From Tubulanus polymorphus (lineage: Eukaryota; Animalia; Nemertea), in assembly GCF_964204645.1 (NCBI RefSeq), contig NC_134028.1, forward strand, positions 10,960,413-11,024,412: DNA of 64,000 nucleotides, written 5' to 3'. A program made the translations under genes and the position numbers. Position 1 is the first letter of the stretch. The number at the start of each line of letters is the position of its first letter. The notes beneath the pieces were generated by a model. That model had not been told where the DNA came from. It made no database searches and worked only from the letters and a program-made list of their open reading frames with translations. This document shows, in pieces, positions 32,501 to 45,900 of the stretch.

Positions 32501-35500
32501 CATCCTAAAAAATATACATTAACTTTATAAATGTGAGTTAGAGTTAGAGTTAAGTCTAGTTACCGGTGTATCAGAGAAATGGCAATCTAAGGTACCCCCA
32601 AAATGAGGGTTAGGGGTCAAATATTTTTTGTCTCCGATTTCGATGAAATTTAGCGTAGACATGTATTCTGGGGTGCTGATCACAAATCTGAAAGAATTTT
32701 TAGGATCTGAAGCACCAAAAATGAGAAATTTGAATTCTTAGGGGTACCCCCTAAATTTTCAAAAGGCCCTGGGCCCCAGAGTTTTCGAGATATTCGAAAT
32801 CTGATTGCAGATTTGGAATCAGCACCCCTGAAAATAGTAAGGACTAAAATTTTAAGCAAATCGAAGAGATTCGATTTTTTGGCCAAAAACGGCAAAAATC
32901 TAAGGTGTTAGTCCAGGAGTTTTTTTTGGGCGAAAAATTTTTTTTCTCTGATTCCTTCGAAACTTGGTAGGAAGATGTATTCCGAGGTGTAGATTCCGGA
33001 TCTGTAATCAGATTTTGAATCGGAATTCATCTTCATGGGCAAATAAGGGTTTTAATGCCCGAAACATGCACCCCAAAAATGGGGTACAAAGTCACAATTT
33101 TTTTTTTGCCCAATCTCAATCAAATTTACTACAGACATGTTTTTTGGGGTGCTGATCATGAAAATGAAGTTAGTTTTTGGATCCGAGGCCCAAAAAATGA
33201 GAAATTCGAATTTTTTGGGGGGACCCCCTAGATTTTCAAAAGGCCTTGGACCCAAGATCTTTCGAGATATTTAAAATCTGATTGCAGATTTGCAATCCGC
33301 ATCCCTTAAAATAGTAAGGAATAAAATTTCAAGCAAATCGAAGAGATTCGATTTTTTCGCCAAAAATTGCAAAAATCTAAGAAAATTAGTTTTTGGATTG
33401 AAGTGCCAAACAAGAGAAATCCAGGATTTTATGCTTTTAGCCCCTTCAAATTGACCTGTTGATGTCTTTTTAACAGCTGATATGAAATATTAAATCAATT
33501 TTTAGATAGAAATTGATCAATTAACTAAAAACCCATTAATTCTAGTAACTATCACATGGTTTCAGACATCTACAAACATCTCTTTTCTCAAGAAGAAATT
33601 CAGTTATAACCACGCACACAATTACTCAATGTATTAATGCTCGTACCTGTATCAAATACAATCAATGAAGCTAATAATTCCTAGTCACATTTTGTAAATT
33701 AAATTAATATTCAATTGTTGATGACCTATTGATTTGTGTTTAAAGTCATAATTCAGTCAGAAGAATTCGAGTCTAGCTCAGTCTCAGTTAGTGCACTATC
33801 GCAGTAAATTTACCAGAATTAACTTTGTTTATAATTACAGGAGTTTTCAAAGATGTCACCAGTTGGAATTAAATTGATAATTTGTGTTGTTGTATTTACA
33901 CAAATTACAATATTTATAAATGTGGGTATGCACAAGAAATAAGATTTTTTATTGTTTTAACTTTTGCCTTTAACTATTTTTTCAGTTTATCAGCCTAACT
34001 AAAATTTGAGTCAATGAGTTAATAATTAATTAAGAGTTGTCCGCGCTCTTCTGACCCGCCACAAAACACTCAATGCTGTACAGTTTCTGGTAAGCTAATA
34101 AACTCACAATTATTTACGATTGAATTGAATTGGTCACTTCAAGGCGATATTTTGAATAATTCGGCGGAAATATTCACTGAAATCGATCTATTTACTCGAC
34201 TTCTAGATAATATCGTTCATATTTCTTCTTTAAACATCTAAATCGCTCCGAAATCAACATTTATAACGAATAAATTCGGTAAAAACGGCAAGAAATAAAA
34301 CCGCGGAAATCCCACATAATCTGCGAGTCGCGCGTCTAGAAACCTCGCATACCTAGGCTAATTAGACCGTATTGTGCTGCCCTCACTGACTGTGGATATC
34401 GGGTGAACTAATTACCAAACGACATACAAATTAGCTTAATTTGATTCTAATATTCTTTTTGTTTATTTTCAATCCCATTACACATGAAATAAAAACAATA
34501 TAGAGATGTAAAACAAAATTTCACTCCGATATTACATTGTACCGTACGGTGCTGCCACTAATTCTGAGTTGGCGGCTACCTCGCATACCGATGTCGCCTA
34601 AGTGCAATTTTACCGTACGGTGCTGCCCTCGCTCACAGCGGTGATTGGTAACACTATCTGAAAAGTAGTGATATAGCCTTTTTACCGTACGGTGCTGCCA
34701 CCACTATATCGACGGTGAACAGAAACACTATCAGCTTTTCCAGACTTATTCTAATAAAACTCGAAATGGTCTCATAAACTTCTCCAACTGTTCGATAATA
34801 GAATTAATGAATAAAATGAAGTTTTTTCTAACGAATTCCACCTGAATTTTACCTTCTGCTCGCACCGCTTGGCATTCATAATAATTGATATATTATATTA
34901 ATTAATTAATCTTGTTCTAGTCACAAAGCAATGATATGACATTAGATATCTTTCAGCAATGCATTCCTCATACAAAATACCTGTCTATAAATGATAAAAC
35001 ACGTCCAGATGGGGAAAAACTGAGGAAATTCATGTTTTAAATGATTTTCTTTTTAAACTTTAAAGGAAAACCTCAGTGTTGTAGCGAGGTGGTGAGGACA
35101 CTAGTGCCATTCATTGCTGATGATGTAAACAGTTCAAACCAAAGAGAAAATCTGTGAGACGAAACAGATCTCATTTTCAAGTTCGACACGAAACAATTGA
35201 AGCAATTTTTGAATTATTGGATTCTAATTTCATTCCTCGTGAATCGGCGACAAAAACAAAACTTCGCAAAATGTGAAATAAGTTTTTTAATTGTTGAATT
35301 TTTCCTGATTCTTAACAGTAAAAATTAGAAAATTAAATTGGGTTAAAATCAAGACTGATCAGCAACGGCCGTGCTGTCTACTCCGGGATTAATGCAGGAT
35401 ATCGGACGGAGAGATGATCCTGGATTAAGCGGGAGTATTAAGTCTTTTAGGTAAGAACGCAGACGTTCCAGTCGGTAAATCACCTCTTATTCTATACATC

Positions 35501-35701
35501 ACATAGACGACAGCGCCACCTATTAGGAATCCTAGTACTGTAGTCAATACGGCGCATAGAGCCATCATACCTGAAATAATCGATACACACTGAGAGTCCG
35601 TAACCTTCAAATAACTTTAGCCGATAGGACGACTTTATACCTATCTAAGATAGAACCAGGCTGCTAGGATACCACCCAACAATCCAACTAAAGTCATCGC
35701 T
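29541..35701. repeat. Segmental tandem duplication, copy B
   Basis: Colinear with 23308-29426. Confidence 0.95.
31639..32019 (-). pseudogene. RCC1L: Orphan last two exons of RCC1L, copy 2
   Basis: Exons 31934-32019 and 31639-31716 encode the same peptide as copy 1. Confidence 0.75.
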
Positions 35702-38700
35702 ATTGCCAAACCAGCCATTGAACCTGTAAATAACAATGTACGTTTGACTTCAGTTGAATTGTTACCATGGTAACACCTCAAATAAAAAAATCATACATAC
35801 CCGCTGTATATCCTGTTTCCATGACAACCGGTACAACCTCTCTTATAACCTCTTTAACGGAGTACGGCTTTGCGGTCAAAACAACAGGCTAAAAATAAAA
35901 CGATTCTGATTGGTTCAAACAGCTACCAGCTAGAAAATAAAACAATTCCGATTGGCTGATGGAAAACTTACATCATCTGTTGTATCAACAATCATAATGA
36001 CCTTGAACTCGCGTTGATTGATAGTTTGGTTAAGTAATTGAGCTGCAAGGTCGAGTGGAGTCTCTTTAACTTCCATCTGAGTATCGCCCTTAATAGGAGC
36101 CGTATCTAACAGTGTGAATGTCACTAGTATATTAGACTCATCAAAATCAACCTGCAAGACAACTCACAGAAATAAACCACTCACAGAAATACACAACTGG
36201 CAGAAATAAACAACTCACAGAAATAAACCACTCAGAAATACACAACTGGCAGAAATAAACAACTCGCAGAAATAACTCGCAGAATTGAACAACTCACAGA
36301 AATGAACAATTCACAGAATTGAACAACTCACAGAAATAAACAACTCACAGAAATGAACAATTCACAGAATTGAACAACTCACAGAAATGAACAATTCACA
36401 GAAATGAACGACTCACAGAAATAAACCACTCACAGAAATGAACAACTCACAGAAGCTAACACAGAAATGACATACCTGTAAATTGCTGATTCTAACAGGA
36501 GTAACTGCCATCGTTCCAGTTAAACTCGCTAAAACTGAATATCGGAACAATAATTTATTCACCGACACAACATTGTTAAAATCTCCCGGCAACGCAAATT
36601 CAAAATGGCGTCTATTTCTAGCGGTGTAACACTGAGATACGTCATATGAGAACAATGAAGGTTGATCGGTATCGAAATCAAATATCTCATAAATATAGTT
36701 AAACGGCATCTGTAATTAATATCAAACATACGAGGAGTAATAATCAATATTCAACAGCAGCTGATATAGACAGGCATACTTACATCTGGAGTAGTAATCT
36801 GTAATCTCATCGGTATTCCTGATTCTATTTTACTCTCTTCCCCAAACGTATAATCTTTCTACAATTAAATAATAATCCAAATATATAGATATATATCGAC
36901 GATTAGTATCAGATTAGAATAGATTGTTGATCGATTACCGTAGAGATAAACCATTCAAACGTAGACGTGACGTTTATTAAATCAGAAATTCCTTTCGGGA
37001 AATCGGTTCTAGTCGCGATAAATACATCACACGGTACTCCACGAACCATACGCTGTAAATATAAATACATTAACTAAACACGGTTACATTTATACCGTGT
37101 TTATAACTAATACATCGCACGGTACTCCACGAACCATACGCTGTAAATATAAATACATTAACTAAACACGGTTACATTTATACCGTGTTTATAACTAATA
37201 CATCGCACGGTACTCCGCGAACCATACGCTGTAAATATAAATACATTAACTAAACACGGTTACATTTATACCGTGTTTATAACTAATATATCGCACGGTA
37301 CTCCACGAACCATACGCTGTAAATATAAATACATTATCTAAACACGTTTACATTTATACCGTGTTTATAACTAATATATCGCACGGTACTCCACGAACCA
37401 TACGCTGTAAATATAATTACATTAACTAAACACGGTTACATTTATACCGTGTTTATAACTAATATATCGCACGGTACTCCACGAACCATACGCTGTAAAT
37501 ATAAATACATTAACTAAACACGGTTACATTTATACCGTGTTTATAACTAATAAACACTTACCACTCCTTCATACGTATATTCAGTGTGATCAGTATAGAA
37601 GAATTCCTCAGCCGTTCTGATACGAACTAAACTCGGATTTGATTGGACGGATTCCGCATCTGGATTATTACTGGCTATTTTATTCACTGTACAGTTGCCA
37701 ATCATAGGATCCATTACATAAGCCACGCCTACAATTTAACAAATTCGTGCATTTCATCAAAACTGTTAAATGTTGGGAGCTTTGAGTTCAGGAGCCACAC
37801 CCCCTATGTTCACAGAAGCCACACCCCCTATATACAGAAGCCACGCCCCCCTGTGAATACTAACCAGTATTGTAGTCATGTATTTCAGTAAGTTGTGTCA
37901 TTCCATAAGGTGAATTACTGAGAGGTGTCGGCATATAATCAATACGAAACAGCTTCGCTTTACTGTCAAATCTCTCCTGTAATTAAATATTCATCGATAA
38001 ACTCCTCCCTTTAATACAGAGACCCCGCCCCCTCGACTGATTGACACTTACGCGTTTAGTATCGATGTATTGTAGATTAATCTGTAATTCCTCGACTGAC
38101 ATCGAGAACGCTGAAGGAGGTTTAAACATCGGTTTAGTGAATTTACGTCCGACGCACTGAACGCCTCTCGGTGTCTGAGGAGGAAATAAAAACATTTCAA
38201 CTCTTTCGGTAATTAGTTCATCCCAAACTCAACAATGTATTAACTTACTAAAAACATATTCAGATTTTCCTCGTCTATCATTGGTTGAAAGTTGAAATAA
38301 TCGTAAACCGTTTTGAATGGTCGACTATAGGTGGCGTCGACTCTGATTTTACCCTCGACTACACATCTAACGGGCACTGACATTCCCTCACCGATTGATG
38401 GTTGCCATGATACTGGATCTGTTAAAACGAGTTAGCGATGCTGAATCCCGATATTTATGGGTTTATTTCGGGAAGGTTTTTATTTCAATCTTACCGGACC
38501 AATACCAATCAATCTTTGTGGTTGCCATGGTATCTTCATCATAAGCACACGATCTCCAATGATTCACAGCAATCCCTCGAACCTATAATTACAGAAACCC
38601 TGCCATAGTGGTCATCTTTAAAATCTCAATACAGCTGCCATAGTGGCCATCTTTAAAAGTTTCTACTTACGGTATCGTTACCGATAAACTGCTGTGGGAA

Positions 38701-39414
38701 ATCTCCAGTGAATTTTAACACATTTGCTGCTGTTAAAATCGAAGGTTTCCCATTTTTTAAGACGAAACCGAACAGAAATTTAAACGGACTGTCCTGAATA
38801 TCGGACACAGAACACGTCGTCGTAGCTGTAAAAATAATCAATAATTATTATTGATTTAAAGCTATCTATAAACCATAGATGAATTCAGATAATTCTAAAC
38901 TTACGTTCATCGTGAAAAACAGCGAAGAATTCACTCGTGTTATAGTTAAATATCATATCAACTGCTGCAGATAGTTCCGGTTTTTTCATAGAGATGGCAG
39001 CACGGTTGCCCGGTTGATCGTAAACTTCTCTCATCGAAATCGTGTAATCCCCAAAATTACCTTCTACGGAAGCGGAAAATTGGGTCGGGATATCGGGGTA
39101 AACCGGACCTACAACAATCAAACCCGTTACAACTGTTGTTACTACAGGTAACACGTCTTACTTACAGTCGCTATGGAGACGAATGACTTACCTCCCGTCG
39201 ATTCCGATGGTTTATTACAGACGGATGTATCCCATTGAGCAATAGATGGCAGCACCGTCGTAAACAGTAATAGAACACCAATAAGACTCCATCGTCTTAA
39301 TCTAGACAACAATCGAAAACAGTAACAGTTATAAAAATATCGTCGCTAAGCAATAATGAAGATTAACGGTAATTCAGAAAAGATTTACCTGCGAGTAGTT
39401 ACTATGACGCCCAT
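35425..39414 (-). CDS. Uncharacterised type-I membrane glycoprotein (signal peptide, two internally similar beta-rich ectodomain modules, C-terminal TM); possibly LolA/ependymin-fold family
   Basis: MGVIVTTR|RLRRWSLIGVLLLFTTVLPSIAQW signal peptide. Exons encode PDIPTQFSASVEGNF, VRGIAVNHWRSC, RMVRGVPCDVF and FSYDVSQCY, ending in GYTAG plus TM. Exon phases are consistent where checked. The fold assignment is inference. Confidence 0.8.
36158..36470. repeat. Intronic 17 bp minisatellite (ACAACTCACAGAAATGA)n
   Basis: Visible tandem array. Confidence 0.9.
37023..37552 (-). repeat. 6 x 88 bp array duplicating a 3' acceptor plus ~30 exon nt
   Basis: Unit ...atatttacag|CGTATGGTTCGTGGAGTACCGTG. True acceptor at 37053-37054. 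Each unit has an internal AAACACGGT...ACCGTGTTT palindrome. Confidence 0.93.
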
Positions 39415-39638
39415 ATTGAATACAGTGTGATTCACGAGTCAACTCATACAGATAACCAGTGACCAGTATATTTACAGGTCAGGTGACCCCTCTTGACCTC
39501 TATCAGATAACTTACCTTATCTCAGAACAGGATTAAACGTATTCTATAATATCTCAAATCTCAACAATAATCTTAAACTAATATCGTGTTAACGATATGA
39601 ATATTTATTTCTGTTTGTTACACTCCGTTCTGCAGTTT

Positions 39639-41748
39639 TCATGGTTTCAGTTCATTTAAAGATAAAACTTTTTTTTCATCATCTTCTTTTTTTAAATCTG
39701 AACTTTTAAAATTGAACGTTTCACCGGCAACCTGAAAGAAATATAACAATCAGTAACTATAGGAATGGTAGTTAGACTGGCGGGGGTGGGGTGGGGGGGT
39801 GAGACTCACCACTTCACAGTTATCAGGGGTGCAGTTTTCAGGAGTTCCATTTTTACCACAACGACACAAATGACAATCAACAATGAACTCATCTCCGGGC
39901 TGATAAAATACACCATCGCTGTAACAGACTATAGACACAATTGACTGTTAGCTGATTAGCCCAAACATCCCCAACTCCCCTCTCTCTCTCCCCACTCCCC
40001 TCTCTCTCCTTCCTACTCCCCTCTCTCCTTACTCCCCACTCTCCCTTCCTGCTCCCCACTCCCCCCTCTCCCCACTCACCCCTCTCTCCCCCTGCTCCAG
40101 TATATAAACTTACAGTGTATGATTAAATCTTCGTGTTTAGTGCAGATATTTTCGCAGCCGTTTGAACAACATTTCGAACTTTCCGAACAGTTTTTATCCG
40201 ATTCGCACGTAACGACGTCATTGTCGCTATAGCGACCGTTTAACCACGATAAACAACGTTTTTTGTTGAATATCGTCGGACATTGCGGTTCATGGCAACC
40301 GATTTCAGCTTTTATTCGGGTACAATTGACAGGATTACCGTCGTGTGAACAGATACAATTCCAGTCACAACTTACAACCATTGTATCTCCTGTCTGATAG
40401 TAACTTCCATTCATCTGACAAACTAGAAATTATAATCATTATATCAATTTCATTCCATGAAACTTTTAACAAAATATATTCGATAATACGTACATTGAGT
40501 GACGAGTTCCTCGTGAGGGATACACTGATATCGGCATCCATTAAAACAACATCGATCCCCCTGGCGACAACAATCGGAATTACTCCTACATATATCGAAG
40601 GATTCATCTTTACTGCATTCGTGTCCGGGTCTAAAACTGACTGAAATCCGCGGACATTCACTATACCCTGAAATATATATCACACTTATAACACTAGGGG
40701 GCGCTACAACTACTGAAATCCGCGGGCATTCACTATACCCTGAAATATATATCACACTTATAACACTAGGGGGCGCTATAACTATGAAATCCGCAGGCAT
40801 TTACTATACCCTGAAATATACAATTACAACTATATCAGCTGCCATAATTGTCAACTAGGGGGCAGTGAATACTTACGATTTACCAGGTCTAATTCCTCGA
40901 TAGGAGTGCACTGAAATCTACATCCGTCACTACAACACTTGTCACCATGACGACAACAATCATCATCGCTAAAACAATAATCGTTTTTATCTTCTGGTTT
41001 ACACTGGGAGTTCTTTACTTCAGGACAAGTTCTATTGTTACTGTCTGATAAATCTGAGAAAAATAAAATAAGAAATTAATCATTATAACAGGTCACTTGC
41101 CACAGGAGTTCAGATGAATTGAGACAGAAATAGACTGACTTAAATATTGATTAGAAATGATAGAGACTGACCTAGATATTCATTAGAAATGATAGAGACT
41201 GACCTAGATATTGATTAGAAATGATAGAGACTGACCTAGATATTGATTAGAAATGATAGAGACTGACCTAGATATGCATTAGAAATGATAGAGACTGACC
41301 TAGATATTGATTAGAAATGATAGAGACTGACCTAGATATTCATTAGAAATGATAGAGACTGACCTAGATATTGATTAGAAATGATAGAGACTGACCTAGA
41401 TATTCATTAGAAATGATAGAGACTGACCTAGATATTCATTAGAAATGATAGAGACTGACCTAGATATTGATTAGAAATGATAGAGACTGACCTAGATATT
41501 CATTAGAAATGATAGAGACTGACCTAGATATTCATTAGAAGTGATGGAGACTGACCTAGATATTTATTAGAAGCGATAGAGACTGACCTAGATATTCATT
41601 AGAAGTGATGGAGACTGACCTAGATATTTATTAGAAGCGATAGAGACTGACCTAGATATTTATTAGACGCGATGTCAGGTCCGGCCGGTCCGTCAGCTAA
41701 TAATAACTTCACTAGCGTTAAAACACCCATTAAACATCTTAATTTCAT
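39639..41748 (-). CDS. Secreted cysteine-rich protein: 3 WAP-like and 2 pacifastin/VWC-like modules; 6 exons
   Basis: Signal MKLRCLMGVLTLVKLLLA. WAP-like: CFSDDDCCRHGDKCCSDGCRFQC, CRSNSDCCRQGDRCCFNGCRYQC, CESDKNCSESSKCCSNGCENIC. Pacifastin-like: PGDEFIVDCHLCRCGKNGTPENCTPDNC. Confidence 0.82.
40640..40820 (-). repeat. 3 x ~72 bp repeat duplicating a 3' acceptor plus exon start
   Basis: atatttcag|GGTATAGT at ~40668, ~40740 and ~40811. Confidence 0.88.
41133..41666 (-). repeat. 16 x 32 bp array duplicating the exon-1 donor (TCTAG|GTCAGT)
   Basis: GACTGACCTAGA recurs every 32 bp from 41165 to 41645; true donor at 41650-41651. Confidence 0.93.
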
Positions 41749-42431
41749 CGTTAACGCCACCTATATGTCGATACAATCAACTAAATTCTATTACATAGTT
41801 ATAATTGTTTTCAATAGCATGAATCGGTAATGAATGAATACTTACGGCTGATTGAGAGAGAGAGAGAGAATGAATAAATCTGATCCTACAATGTGCTGTA
41901 TAGGAACGTTCACTCACACACAAACACATGTGAAAGTTTACTTAGTAAGAATCCTCGCTTGCCAGGGGCTGATCGAGTACTGCTGTCGTGTGAACGCTCT
42001 CAATCCTCACTCGCCAGGGGACGGAAGACAGCGGCTCTCAGATATTGGGACTAATTGACAAATCACTAATGAGATATTTATAATTAACCGGGTTTAATGA
42101 TATAACAAGTGTATGACACAGAATTGAGGCAGGCATCAACGTGTGACAGGTGTTTGAAGGTATTGATATAACCAGGTGAGTAACAGAGAGGAGGGACAAC
42201 CAGTTTACTAACAGCTGCTCATCAGTGTTTATGAGATATCAAATATCAGTCAACACTATAATTCTGATATATCGATATCGGACATCATTGAGATATCAAA
42301 TAATGAATAAAGCCTACCCTGGCAGGCGAGTTGATATTAATCATTATTGAATGTCAATAAAATATGTGAACGGAAATATTTATATCAGGAAAAATAATGT
42401 CATCATTTATCATAAAACAACCGTCAATTAT

Positions 42432-42592
<161 letters not shown>

Positions 42593-42692
42593 TAGATTGA
42601 AGTTAGTTGAACCACGCCCATAAATCTATCAGTTGCTCCTGTAGCAGCAACACAGCATCACCACATACACTGTATCATGTAATACACTAGAG

Positions 42693-42726
<34 letters not shown>

Positions 42727-42906
42727 GACAGGTGAGTTTTTATAAAGTATCTAATAGCCATCGCTGACCAGTCACTGACCAGTTGCTGACCGGTCACCGG
42801 TCGGTCACCAGTCGGTCACCAGCCCTAACTGTGATGATTTAATTCTTTTTAGAAATGATTTATAAAAAGGAACCACAATGCATCAGTGTACTAGGATTTA
42901 AAAGTT

Positions 42907-45900
42907 ATGGTGAAAACCAAACAGTTTCCACGGCAACGGGAAAAATGGACGCTATATACAAAAGATGGTAAGACATGATAAGACGATGGGGTGGTGTATG
43001 TGTGACAGTGACAGGGTGGTGTATGTGTGACAGTGACAGGGTGGTGTATGTGTGACAGTGACAGGGCGGTGTATATGTGACAGTGACAGGGTGGTGTATG
43101 TGTGACAGTGACAGGGTGGTGCATGTGTGACAGGGCGGTGTATGTGTGACAGGGCGGTGTATGTGTGACAGTGACAGGGTGGTGCATGTGTGACAGGGTG
43201 GTGTATGTGTGACAGGGTGGTGTATGTGTGACAGCGACAGGGCGGTGTATGTGTGACAGTGACAGGGTGGTGTATGTGTGACAGTGACAGGGCGGTGTAT
43301 GTGTGACAGTGACAGGGTGGTGCATGTGTGACAGGGTGGTGTATGTGTGACAGGGTGGTGTATGTGTGACAGTGACAGGGCGGTGTATATGTGACAGTGA
43401 CAGGGTGGTGTATGTGTGACAGTGACAGGGCGGTGTATGTGTGACAGTGACAGGGTGGTGCATGTGTAACAGGGTGGTGTATGTGTGACAGGGTGGTGTA
43501 TGTGTGACAGTGACAGGGCGGTGTATATGTGACAGTGACAGGGTGGTGTATGTGTGACAGTGACAGGGTGGTGTATGTGTGACAGTGACAGGGCGGTGTA
43601 TGTGTGACAGTGACAGGGTGGTGTATGTGTGACAGTGACAGGGCGGTGTATGTGTGACAGTGACAGGGCGGTGTATATGTGACAGTGACAGGGTGGTGTA
43701 TATGTGACAGTGACAGGGTGGTGTATGTGTGACAGTGACAGGGCGGTGTATGTGTGACAGTGACAGGGTGGTGTATGTGTGACAGTGACAGGGCGGTGTA
43801 TATGTGACAGTGACAGGGTGGTGTATATGTGACAGTGACAGGGTGGTGTATATGTGACAGTGACAGGGTGGTGTATGTGTGACAGTGACAGGGCGGTGTA
43901 TGTGTGACAGTGACAGGGTGGTGTATGTGTGACAGTGACAGGGCGGTGTATGTGTGACAGTGACAGGGTGGTGTATGTGTGACAGTGACAGGGTGGTGTA
44001 TGTGTGACAGTGACAGGGTGGTGTATGTGTGACAGTGACAGGGCGGTGTATGTGTATATGTAGATCAGTAGCTCGATGGTTAACAGGAAGGGCGTGGAAC
44101 CAGTCTATCAATTACCAGTGTGTAACCAGTCTATAATTGTCCGCTCACCTGCCAGTGTAAGTGTCTGTAATTACTGATAATTGTTTCCTGCGTCACTGAT
44201 AATAAAACTTGTGGTAGCAGTTCCAGCGAGAGACATCTCAGAGAGAACGGGTCAAGGTTTATCGAATGCATTTTGAGATTTTCAATTATATCGAATCTCA
44301 ATAATAAACTGAGCAGCGTCTATCGTTGCTATAGCAACCATCGTGTGTCAATAACGACGCGATGAAGAGTAAAATAAACGAACGAACGGGATTAATTCAG
44401 TTACCATGGTAACTACATTGATTACGTGAACAATCAGAGAACTGTTTAAACATTATCGGAAGGTTAGATGTACTTTACGTATTGCAGGTGTTATAAATTG
44501 GAGAATGATTTGGAATTTCATCAAACAGAAATTAATCTCTATTTGGATGTTTATAAATCGATTATCAATAATCAACGGTTTAACATCGAGCGCGGCTTCC
44601 AGACGAGTTGCTGTTACCGGCGGTTACTATATCACAGATAACGGCGCCCTCTATTATCGACCGAACAGATGGCAAAGATTCACCGCGTTATTTCAAACAG
44701 GTAAATTAAGACGATGATTAATTTCAGTCGTTGCTAGGCAACTCGATACAGACATCTTTCTTATGACTTTCAGAAATGAACAAAAAGAAACAATTGTTGT
44801 CATGGATACGATCAAAAATTCCGACGATAAGAGTGCACAATTTAACGACGGCGTGGCATGATGGGATAGCTATCTGCGCGTTGATTGAGTCGTTATGCCC
44901 GGGGGCGTGTCCCAGGTATAACTTACTCAGACCTCATCACAGAGTTCATAACTGGAATCTAGCTTTAAAACTACTGCATAAACATCTTCATTTACCAAAC
45001 GTAAGTATAAAGGGTTAACGTACGAAGGGATTAAAGGATTAACTCGAGGGATTAAAGGATTACTGTTTTGTTTATTTATAGAATGTAATAGAAGCTGAAG
45101 ATATATCTCGTAATCTGCCGAAAACTGAAAATCAATTAATTAATTTATTATTGATTATCAAAAATCGACATAAAATTCTTCCGAAAACTCCGCCCATAAC
45201 TCCTCCCATTACTCGTCAACAAAGCATCCGACGAATGATTGACGGCTGTATCGTAAAGGGGAGTGGCTTAAAGGTCGGAATCGTCGGAAAACAATCGAAA
45301 TTTACGATCGCAACAATGGAAGAAATGACGTTAGATATCGTAATCGAGATTCACGGTCCGAAACAAGAATTCTTCAGCGAGAAGATTCTTAGTTTGTTCC
45401 CGAACCGAGAGATGGGTAAATTATTAAATCCCGAAGACGTACAGCCGGCGTTCCTTAGCAACCAAATACAATACATACCGAGAAATACCGAACAACATTT
45501 CGTACGTCAATCGAGCGTCGACGACGAGACAGCGCCATCTAGTGTTAAAATACCGTTCGATTATCAGTGTAAAGATAAAGGTTTAATATCGGTGAGTTTT
45601 ATACCTCAGAATATCGGAATTCATCAGTTACACATTCAACTAGAAGGATTAGATATTCCTGGATCACCATTCCAGATTAAAGTAGGTAAATCCGCTAATT
45701 ACACCAGATTAAAAGATACTCTCAGTGTACCTACGTTAGAATACTCCAGTCAGGAGAGTATAGGTGGCGCTAGTAGTATCGAGTATTTAACCGATGATAA
45801 CGGATGGAATTCGAATGAATCGGACAGTATGGACAGTACGGATAGACGGCGCACCGAGAGGGCACGTTTAACTAAACAAGGTACGGTCACTCGTAGGCGC

